Shown here one piece after another: positions 39,500 through 50,186 of a stretch of 64,000 nt of DNA. The notes under the pieces are model-generated. The model did not search any database and was not told where the DNA came from. It worked only from the letters and a program-made list of their open reading frames with translations. The position numbers and the translations under genes were made by a program. The stretch spans positions 45,086,464-45,150,463 of the forward strand of contig NC_043011.1 of assembly GCF_006345805.1 (NCBI RefSeq). Reading direction: 5' to 3'. Position 1 is the stretch's first letter, and each line of letters opens with the position of its first letter. This stretch comes from Octopus sinensis (lineage: Eukaryota).

Positions 39500-40840
39500 T
39501 CCTTCCCCCCCTCCTCACTCTCTCTCTCTCTCTATTGTACTCCTTACGCATCTCGTGAATGTCAGCCCGGTCAAATAATCACGTGGGTTAGAAGGACCCT
39601 GAAGGAAAGAAGTTCGGTTGCATAACCTACGAAGGTTATTTCGGTGGTTTAACGATATCATGTTAGAAATACTTGTAATACTATTTAATTAAATAAATAT
39701 ACCAGTCGAACCCATACACTCCTCCTTCCCCCCTCTCTCTTTCTCTTTCTCTTTGATCGCTCTTGTATTGTTTTTTTACCGACGCAGCCCACCACCACTT
39801 TCATGGAGAAATAAGGCGGGGAGCTGTCTTTCGTTTTTTACCTTTATAGCAGGATAGGCCGTTTGTGACAATATTGATTTTTACGAAAATACTATCTTTC
39901 TATCTTTTGCTCGTTTCACTTCATCAGACTGCGACCATGCTGGGGCACCGCTCTGAAGAAATTTTAGTCGAACGAATCGATCCCACGACTTTTTTTTTAT
40001 TTTTACTTTTTTGAAAGCCTGGGACTTAAAAACCCCTCTTTGCCGAAACGCTAGATTACGGAGACGTAAACACACCAGCACCGGTTGTTAAGCGGTGGTG
40101 GCGGAGAAACACAAATACAAACAAACATATATTCCGGTCATTTGAGTCTGACGAGTCATCTATACAACCCAAGCGCTTTATAGCTGCGAAACCGATGATC
40201 ACTCTGACCGACCCGTGCTTCTTCTTCGGATAAATGAACTACTGACAGCATACATAAACAGATACGATATAATAGTGTTAATCATCTTTAACAACCTAAT
40301 AAATAAAATAGAAACTAGAGTTGAATACAAGCCGTGTATAGTGAACTGTGGAAGTCGCTGTGGACTTGTGGCAAAACTTAAATATTTTTTGATAATTTGC
40401 AGTGAAGTTGTAAAAGCAAAAAAAAAAAAAAAGAAAGTAAAGGGGATTTGGTGGTTATTTTTATTCATTAAAGCTAATGAATTCAGTCTCCCCCGCTACT
40501 GAGTCTATTGTAGGTATTTATTAGTTATAGAATAGGGAGATGAATAAAGAACCTAGCCCACAATAGGTATGCATGATATAGTCAGCTAGTACGCTAAGTA
40601 ACCAGTTAGACCAACAGGACGATACACAGAACAGAAGGAAATAGAGTGAAAGAGAGAGAGCGTGTGTGTGTGTCTGTGCGCGCGAACATGTGAGGGTGTG
40701 TGAGTGTGTATGCGCGCGTATAAATGAGAGTGCATTTGAGAGAGAGAAGAGGATAAGAAAGGATAGAGAGGTTGATAGGGAGAGAGACAGACAAAGGGAA
40801 TGAGAGAGAGAGCCTGAGGTAGTCAGTGAGTTAGTCAATA
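39500..40840. promoter_or_regulatory. Probable HPDL promoter/5' region
   Basis: CpG-retaining region with a GA-rich tract (40640-40815) just upstream of the ATG and an E-box cacgtg near 39580. The TSS cannot be determined. Confidence 0.35.
40135..40210 (+). ncRNA. Type I hammerhead-like motif upstream of HPDL (stem III has one mismatch)
   Basis: cggtca-ttt-gagt-CTGACGA-g..ctata...tatag.tgc-GAAA-ccgatga-TC-actc-tgaccg. Stem I is 4+6 bp. Confidence 0.55.
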
Positions 40841-41544
40841 ATGCTACAACACTCCATCCACCACATAGAAATAGGAGTACGTGAGAACGGCGAGGAATTC
40901 GTGTTGGAACTCTGTAAGAAGTTGGGGCTATATCGAGCTGGTTACAGGGAGACGGTTCACAGTCGACAATGGCTAGTGAGAGCCAACGATTGGGTGCAGT
41001 TGCTGGTCACCGAAATACGCAGCTCACCACCGGAACAAGAACAACAAAATTGCGCTCACTCGGACCAGCAACGAGGCAAGGCGATAGCAAATGACCCTTA
41101 TTTAGTTCTATGGGACCAGGACGTGGATGAAGGTGGAAGGCCGGTTAGAAACAGCGTGTTCAACGTGTGTCTGACCGTGAAGGACATCCAGCGACAGGTG
41201 GAAAGGTTGGAGAGATGTGGTGCCAAGATGGAGAAACCGGTGACGGTTATGTCCGATGCCGACGGAGAAGTGAAAGTAGCCATGGTGAGATCGTGCCTCG
41301 GCAACGTCGTGCACACGTTAGTCGAACGACAGCACTACAGCGGGTTTTTCTTACCCGGTTTCACGTCGATCCGGCGACAGGATGTAAAAACGGACGATGG
41401 ATACGAGATTCGACCGCCGACACCACCGAGGAATCGCATTACACATGTTGACCACGTCACGTTCGCCGTTGAGGTGGATACTTCACAGGACATCATCGCT
41501 TGGTATGAAAATGCGTTCGGCATGAAACGATTTTATGTGAATAG
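40841..41544 (+). CDS. HPDL: HPDL exon 1 (N-terminal VOC domain and start of the catalytic domain; HVDHVTF with the first Fe-ligand His)
   Basis: Long ORF from ATG 40841. SVFNVCLTVKD, GNVVHTLVER..YSGFFLPGF and THVDHVTF..WYE..FG motifs of the HPPD family. ag|gtaagt donor at 41545, phase 2. Confidence 0.93.
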
Positions 41545-41781
41545 GTAAGTAGAAGACTTATATAATTGGTGGTTGTGGCGGTAGTTGTGATGATGATGAT
41601 GAGGAGGGGGAGATGGTGATGCTGGTGGTATGGTTGTGACGATGGGGACGATGGTGATGGAGGATATGGTGGAGTTGGTGATAATGATAGTAACTGAAGT
41701 GATGACGGTGATGTGGTTGTGACGATGATGAAGGAGGTGGCGGTGGTGGAGATGGTCGGGGGCGACGTGTGAAAGTCAGTG

Positions 41782-42000
41782 GGTACTACTTAAGAAGAGT
41801 GGTCCCGGTGCGCGCACTCGTGTACTAGCAAGCCAGTGACTAGTCGATCGTACAACAACAAACTACCTAGCAAAGTAAATAAAACACAAAATAAATAATT
41901 TTTTTAAAACAAAGTAAATAAAAACACAAAGGATCGACTAGTCATGACTAGATGCGCGAGTGCGCGCACCGGGGCCGCTCTTCTTAAGTAGTACCGTACC
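41782..42000. mobile_element. MITE with ~65-bp TIRs and 8-bp TSD (Merlin-like ends)
   Basis: ggtactacttaagaagag...ctcttcttaagtagtacc(gtacc). TSD agtcagtg at 41774-41781 and 42001-42008. Confidence 0.8.
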
Positions 42001-42984
42001 AGTCAGTGTAGTGTAATTTAAGGGTGATTTGGTTGTGATTTCTAACAGCGAAACCGCCCTTAGCTCTACATTAACGCTGCATGCTAGTAATAGTTGTTGT
42101 TGTTTTAACAGACACGCGATGATCCTATCTAAGTTTATGTAGTCTGTCGAAGACTACAATATCCTAATTTTAAAACAATACAGATTCGTTTGAGGCAACT
42201 TTGGCTGCCATTTCTAACAGGTTGAACGAGCGAGAGAGCGACTGTAACGAGTTGTATTACCATTATTTACTAGCTCGACGGAATATCTGAAGGGGTGGAT
42301 GTATGACCCACACATGACATAACCTTCAGATGAGGGTTGTCATACAGAAAGGGTGCTCTTCATAAGACAGTTTTCAGTAATCATTCTTTAATTGAGGAGT
42401 TTTTTCGTATTCTTCCTCTTTCGTTTCACTGTCGAGTTACCGGTAAATGACGATCTCTGTCAACTTGTTTCATTTTCTCTATTATATAACGATCGCCTTT
42501 CGATATTTTTCATAGTCTCTACATGTCACTACTGACTGCTAGAAATACCAGCTAAATCTCTCAAATCACTACAGAAATGTATTCCCTATCACCACTATTT
42601 TGTTTACCCATAACATCTTTAGAATACATATTTTGTAATGAATGCTTCCAGAGATACCTTCTATATGGTGTATATCACGATTATGTTGGACGAAAAAAAA
42701 TCGTGACTTCGCCTATATTTAATGAAAGTTTCTAAAGATAGGTATGTGAGTGTGGTCACCAATTTTTTTTTTCTTTATTTCTATATTAAATTCCGGTATA
42801 ATTGTAATCTGCACAATCTGAAAAATATTTTTAGAAAACTTCGTTGAAAAAATACCCATTTCTATACAAGTTATGAGGAAACAGCTGTCTTGGGGGTAAA
42901 TTTTCCGAGACTCCTCTCCCATCCTCTGAAAATTTTTTTCACAACGAATTCCGATATAAACGGAATTTACACAATCTGAAGCAT

Positions 42985-43375
42985 ACTCTTTTACTCGTTT
43001 CAATCATGTGACTGTGACCATGTTGGAGCATCGCCTTTAGTCGAGCAAATCGACCCCGGGACTTATTTTTTCTAAGCCTAGTGCTTATTCTATCGGTCAC
43101 TTTTGCTGAACCGCTAAGTTACGGGGACGTAAACACACCAGCATCGGTTGTCAAGCGATGTTCGGGGGACAAACACAGACACACAAATACACACATATAT
43201 ATACATATATACGACGGGCTTCTTTCAGTTTCCGTCTACCAAATCCACTCACAAGGCTTTGGTCGGTCCGAGGCTATAGTAGAAGACACTTGCCCAAGAT
43301 GCCACGCAGTGGGACTGAACCCGGAACGATGTGGTTGGTAAGCAAGCTACTAACCACACAGCCACTCCTACGCCT
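42985..43375 (-). mobile_element. SINE family A, inverted partner of the 43621 copy
   Basis: Reverse complement of family A along its length. Confidence 0.85.
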
Positions 43376-43620
43376 ATGTAGGTTTCATTAAAAAAAATAT
43401 CCATTTTTCTGAAAGTTGTAAGGAAACAAAGTCGGGTGGGGATCACAATCGGTCGGGATTAACACGCCCTAACACCCACATTACTTTTTAGAAAATTTTT
43501 TGGAATTTTCAGAAAACTTTTGCGAATTTGTATTCTACGCACGGGAATTCACACGACTATGAAAAAAAAATTTGGGGGGTTAATTTTTCGAATTTTTGTT
43601 TTTAAATCACGTACAGTATA

Positions 43621-43972
43621 GGCGCAGGAGTGGCTGTGTGGTAAGTAGCTTGCTAACCAACCACATGGTTCTGGGTTCAGTCCCACTGCGTGGCATCTTG
43701 GGCAAGTGTCTTGTGAGTGGATTTGGTAGACAGAAACTGAAAGAAGCCTGTCGTATATATGTGTATGTATGTGTGTGTGTGTTTGTCCCCCTAGCATTGC
43801 TTGACAACCGATGCTGGTGTGTTTACGTCCCCGTCACTTAGCGGTTCGGCAAAAGAGCCCGATAGAATAAATAAGTACTGGGCTTACAAAGAATAAGTCC
43901 CGGGGTCGATTTGCTCGACTAAAGGCGGTGCTCCAGCATGGCCGCAGTCAAATGACTGAAACAAGTAAAAGA
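43621..43972 (+). mobile_element. SINE family A, representative copy (tRNA-like head, internal (TA)n(TG)n)
   Basis: Head ggcgcaggagtggctgtgtggt (A-box-like)...gggttcagtcc (B-box-like). Further copies near 3025, 8610, 16161, 34733(-), 38897, 42985(-), 47498(-), 50353(-), 54621, 61515(-) and 62480(-). Confidence 0.85.
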
Positions 43973-45869
43973 GGGAGTAAAGAGAGTCCGAATTTTTGGT
44001 TTAAATCTCAGCAACATACCATTAAATGTGTTTATGAGGAGAAAGATATTGGAAAAACCAATATGTCAGTAACAGACGAGGAGAGTATGGAGGTAGTCGT
44101 GAGATGTACTAAAAATAACAGCTAAATAGGCGTTAAATAATTTTTTTTTTTTTTTTGATTTTTGCATAATCGTATGAATCCGCAAAAATTTTCAGAAAAT
44201 TCCAAAAAATAAAAAAAAATTATAAAGGGTTATATGGTATGCGTAAAGCAAAATTCCACCCACAATTGTGTAGCTATGCCATTTTTATGAAGATAATTCG
44301 TAAATCTACACCCTCAAAAATTCGTTAAAAAAACATCCATTGTAAAGGAAATTACGAGCACACTTCTGTAATTATGTTAAATAAAGTGGTTTAAAATTGG
44401 ACGGTCGTGGTTGGAATCAATAGTTTTCGTTACTACAGTTTTTTTTTATTGATCCTATTGACATCATTAAATATAAATCTATCGTTTTAAATTATTATTT
44501 AAGGAGAATTCATTTGGAAACTACGGACAAGAACAATAACTTAGATAGCCCGATTGCTGTATTGTATGTGTGTGTGTAAGCGCAGATGTGGCTGTGTGGT
44601 CAGAAGCTCCCTTCTCAACCAAATGATCTTGGGTTCAGTCCCACTGCGCGGCACTTTGGGGAAGTGTCTTCCACCACAGACCCAAGCGTGGGAGTATTTT
44701 GACAACCCACCCTTTTCCTTTCTTTTCGGTAAATTTTCTACTCTGACTTGTATTTTTCGAAGAATTTTTGGATTTAATGTAATGCATTATTTCGAAGGAA
44801 AACTTAATCCGGGGTGTTTAAAACTCAAATCTGGAGAAAAATAAAATTGCTATGGAAAATCAAAACTGAAAATTTACGAAAAGGTGGGGTTGCGCATCTC
44901 GCCTACTTCTAAAAAGAAATTTGCAGATTCGTAATATACGCTACTTACAATGTATAGATCTGAAGAAATTACGGATTTTGGTGCAGTCGATAATTTCCGA
45001 TTTTTCTTTCGAAATCCGGGGTAATAACTAAAACGCATTTGGAGTCTTAGCCCAACTTATTCAGGGCCATCCAGAGATTAAGCAATACTTGGGATCTAGT
45101 TAGCCTCCTGTTACCTCTACTCATCGACTCTCAGAGTTTCTCCTAGAACGTTGTCACGCTTCCCTACCCCTAGCCCCTCATGGAAAGTCCACCGTTTGGG
45201 GGTCGGTGATAATCATTGACTCCTAATTCCACTCATACCTCAAAATGTCTATGTTCTTCCTACAGCCATCCCACCCCAACTTGCAGAGCATCAACAACAT
45301 TGATCTCACTGTTCTTAGGTCTACCAAGACCATGAATACAGAGCCCTTTCGTCTGAGTACCTGCATAGCTCCTTCCTCTTTGCCAGTATAGCGATTTCAG
45401 ATTAACACCCCCACCTCCCGTAACTTGAAATCGCTTTCACGTTACCCCCGGGGATAATTTGAAATCGATTTCAGATTACCCTCCCCCTACCTAAAATACT
45501 TGCCCAAATGCTCGTCACCGTGGTAGCAAAATAGGAGAATCATTATGTTTATTATTATTATTATCATCATTCTTCTTTTGTAATTTAAAAATATAATTAC
45601 TAAAAATGTATAAGTTTGTAACAAGGGAGATAATGGTTGAACCCATTAAATGTATGTGTTAATGTTTATTATGTATGTGCATGCGTAATGTACATTTGTA
45701 AATGAAAGAGAAAGTCGGAGTTTTCACTTAGTTACTTAAAGCTAAAGAAATTTGAAAGAGACATCACCAGAATGGTTATTTTTAGTATATTAGAATAGCT
45801 CAGTCCGTTCAAAAAGAACAATATGACAGAAAACAAAGCAACAGAAGTTCACTATTGGAAAAAGTTCTG

Positions 45870-46172
45870 CTCAAAACAACACTGAACACCTTTTTGATCT
45901 CCATGTGTCTAACACACGTGGACATGCCTACAAAGTCAGAAAACAACACAGCTCCCATGACTTTCGGAAACATTTTTTCACGCTCAGAGTTGCTGAAGCA
46001 TGGAATAAACTGCCTGCATCAGTTGTTGACTGCCATGACACTGCATCTTTTAAGGCCCTCATGCTTTCTGAAATCCGTCGAAACTACACCTGATTATATA
46101 TACACTTTAGATGAGTTGTAGTGCACCTGAGCACTGTACACAATTATTGTTATTATTATTATTATTATTATT
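45870..46172 (+). mobile_element. CR1-type LINE 3' end
   Basis: SNTRGHAYKV...RKHFFTLRVAEAWNKLP..VV...FK motif and (ATT)n tail. Confidence 0.8.
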
Positions 46173-49050
46173 AAAAACCTAATTCGAGAGGACAGTAATT
46201 TTTTATAATATTGGAAATTATCGCATAAAGTATTATTTCAATATAATCTATTCTGGCTTTTAGCCTACAACAGAATGAAAAGTGTCCCCACCACCACCAC
46301 CACCCGCTACGCTCGTGTGAGTGACATTTCTTCTGGCTTTTTAAGTTCAGAGTTCAAATGCCGCTGAGGTCGACTATGCCTTTTAAACTTTCAGAGTCGA
46401 TAAAATAAATACCAATTGAAGTCACGTAGCTCCAAAGACCCGTTGCTAAACATTTTGAAGATGGGGGAATCAACCGCTTCAACTTATTTTGCTTTTAAAA
46501 TCATTTTTAACTCAGCCAGTGGGATTTGAACGCAGAACATAGACATAACACATAAGTCGTTTTGTACGATTCTTTATCGACACCTACTACCCCACTGTCC
46601 TAAATAATAATAATTCTTCCTACTCTAGGTGCAAGGCCTGGCATTTTGGTGGAGGGGGTCAGTCGATTACATTGAAACCAGTACCCAACTGGTACTTATT
46701 TCGCCGACATCGAAAAGATGAAAGGCAAAGTCGCCCTCGGCGGAATTTAAGCTCAGAACGTAAAGACGGACGAAATGCCGCAAAGCATTTTGTCCAGCGA
46801 GCAAATGATTCTGCCAGCTCATCCGCCTTTTAAACAATTTGTTTCAATTTAGGCAGGTGAGGAATTTTGAGATGAGGGGTAATTATTAATCAATTATATC
46901 GCCCCAAGTACTTGGCAGTTACTTTATTTCATTGCCTCTGAAAGGATGAAAGGCAAAGTTGACCTGGGCAAGATCTGAACTCAGAATGTAAAGAGTTAAG
47001 AATACTGCACAGCATTTTTATCCGATGCTCTAATGATTCTGTCAGCTTTTATCGAGCTCGGTATGGTCTGAGCATTAATGTAGGTACAAGATCACAGGTT
47101 TATGACGGAGTATGTAGCTGGTCATATCGACCCCAGTAATAGTTATCTGTTACTGTAAGTACTGCACTACATCTAGCCTTGTCTTCCTAGATAACTGAGT
47201 TGCTATACTGTTGCTTGACTCATAAGAAAGGCACGTCCCTCCATATAAACAGACACATACAGCACGCATTCATACACACAAATACGTGCACAGACAAAAC
47301 TGATAATATACATACTATACGTGCTGTCAATACACCTGCTGTTAGGTATATCTCCTTTGCACAGAGGTGCACATTCACATCATGAACCAGCACAATCATC
47401 AGCCGATACACAAAATAAACTAAATAATAATGGCTAATACCTCCACGTGTGCCCCGCCGAATTTGCTGCCTCATAACTTCCAGACAATTTTTTTGTTTTC
47501 TTTTACTTGTTTCAGTCATTTGACTGCGGCCATGCTGGAGCACCGCTTTTAGTCGAGCAAATCGACCCCAGGACTTATTCTTTGTAAGCCCAGTACTTAT
47601 TCTATTGGTCACTTTTGTCGAACCGCTAAGTTACGGGGACGTAAACCCACCAGCATCGGTTGTCAAGTGATATTGTGGGAACAAATACAGACACACACAC
47701 ACATATAAAGAAGCCCGTCGTATATAATATATATATACGACGGGCTTCTTTCAGTTTCTGGCTACCAAATCCACTCACAAAGCTTTGGTCGGCCAGAGGC
47801 TGTTGGTGAATTTCAGGAAGCGTGTAACTTTCGAAAGTTTCAGGTGTCCTGACAATAAATTCCGATATTATCGGAATCTACACCATTTGAAGCGTGTTTA
47901 TAGAAAATTTCATTTAAAAAATATCCATTTTTCTGGAAGTTATGAGGAAATGAAGTCGGGTGGCGTGCAAATGTTTAGGTATGCTTAATAAATGAACTTA
48001 ATATATACAGTGCTCGCGTGCATACAACTTATCGAAAACGGTTAAAAGAGGGAACAGAAAGCAACCGTGAAAGCTAGAACCACATACACAGTACACAAAA
48101 TAAAACACAAGAAAAAAAAGTGAATATTAAGAGAGTCGTAAAGAAGAAAGGTGCATAGGCTAATCAAGAGCAGTGTTGGTGAACTTCAGGAAGCGTGTAA
48201 CTTTCGCAAGTTTCAGGTGTCCTGACAATTAACAACTGGCGTGAGAAGTTTATTCCATCCATACATCAGCAATTCTGGTTGTGATACAATGTTTCCAAAA
48301 GTCATGGGTGCTAAACGTCCATAAATGAAGTTTATTGTTAGAAAAGATAGTGGATGATCTTGCTGCTAAACTTCAAAACTTGGCCAGGGAAGTAATACAA
48401 AGGTCTGCTTATTTTTAAGTAACTTACAAACGTCACCACTGATGTTTGCTAAAAAATCTAACCAAATTTTCCTCAAATCACACCCTACCATCTCACTACA
48501 GCCCTCGATAATGTGAAATAATTGACTTAGGGGCTAAACAATAATTGGAATGTAGAATCCCAGAGTATAGTAAGAAACGTTAGTCACGGTCGAAAACGAA
48601 ACAAAAAAGAAAAGAAAAAAAGTAAACATTTAACCATACAATACTATTGACAGAATTTGTCGGTGGGTAGGAAACTTTAAGGTTTTGAGTAGGGTTTTTG
48701 TTGGGGAAGAAATTAAAAGAATTATCATACCTGGCAAATGACATTGACGGCTGTTCCATGTGTTCAGTTGAGGAATCGCACCATTCTTTGTTGGCTGTAC
48801 CTTAAGGGGGGATAACTCTGTTGGTCTAGTTACTCTCCAAGAACAAAACTGAATGAACGGTCACGTTGTGTGGTGTCGTTTGTCGCTAATTATTTCTCAA
48901 TAATGGTTTCAAATTTTGCTGCAAGGGCAGCAGTTTTGGTGGAGGGGATGAGTTGATTACATCGACCCCATTGTTTAACTGGTATTTATTTTATCGACCT
49001 CCGAAAGGATGTAAGGCAAAGTCGACGTCGGTGAAATTTGAACTCGGAAT

Positions 49051-49239
49051 CATCATCATTGTTCGACCGTGGTCGAGACAATGGAACTTACTATGTTACG
49101 CCAGACTTCACGGTCCATCATAGCATTACGGAGGTCCTGTTGCTGGATGCCTGTATCCCTGGAGATTAGATCAGGGTAGGAGAGTGTGCGCCCTCTGGTA
49201 TCGTGAGCAGATGGCTTCCAGAGGAGAAGAGTAGAAATT
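49051..49239 (-). mobile_element. 5'-truncated RTE-like LINE 3' end inserted in a family-B SINE
   Basis: Open C-terminus LLLWKPS...RGRTLSYPDLISRDTG...AMMDREVWR, (TGA)n tail, 9-bp TSD actcggaat (49042-49050, 49240-49248). Confidence 0.8.
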
Positions 49240-49699
49240 ACTCGGAATGTGCAGACGGAGGAAATGCCGCTAAGCATTTTGCCCGACGTGTTAACGATTC
49301 TGTAAAGCTCGCCGCCTTAATTATTTCTCAATAAAAAAAGGACAGAATCGTTAGAACATATTCTATCATAGGCCTACTGGATCAACTCTAACCTGGGTTA
49401 ACCAATGCCAACAAGAACATACAACAGTCAAATGTCACTCAAATGACACCTGACATTCTTAAATCAGTAAAGGCAAAATTTGTCTAAGCATGCGGTTTAA
49501 CACTATGTACATCTATACGAGGTGCCTTCTCAAGATGAAAACCACAGATTTATAGCTTTCTGCATTATATACACTTTAAGAAAGATATACAGAATGCTAT
49601 TTTGAACTAACAGTGCTTTGGTTCCTAATAACGAATTTTTAACAAACCTGCCAGTTATTTACAACCCCAGTGATTTGTTAATCAGTTTTTGTTATGCGT

Positions 49700-50186
49700 A
49701 CCTTCCCTTCATTGGACACTGCTTGCGAAGACCTGTTGAGGCAAGTGAAATCGGAATCGAAATCAAATTCGATGACTGGCATCCGTGCTAGTGGAGCACT
49801 AAGAGCACCATCCGAGCATGGTCATTGCCAGAGCGGCTAACTGGCATTCATGTCTGTGGCATGTAAAAGGCACCATTCAAGCATGATCGTTACCAGTGTC
49901 ACCTTACTGGCACTTGTGCCTGTGTGCAGGTGACACATAAAAAAAAAAAATTTTTCCGTGGCCCTCGTGCCAGTGGCATGTAAAATTTGACTGGCCCTCG
50001 TGCCAGTGGCATGTAAAAGCACCCACCACACTCTCGGAGTGGTTGGCATTAGGAAGGGCATCCAGCTGTAGAAACTCTGCCAGATCAAGATTGGAGCCTG
50101 GTGTAGCCATCTGGTTCGCCAGTCCACAGTCAAATCGTCCAACCCATGCTAGCATGGAAAGCGGACGTTAAACGATGATGATGATG
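49700..50186 (+). mobile_element. SINE/RTE-derived family C, representative copy with (GAT)n tail
   Basis: gtaaaagcaccc...ggcattaggaagggcatccagctgtagaaac...ccaacccatgctagcatggaaagcggacgttaaacgatgatg. Further copies near 1003, 7010, 9722(-), 18475(-), 29100, 30494(-), 31960(-), 36772(-), 38432, 55322, 55934(-) and 62192. Confidence 0.8.
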
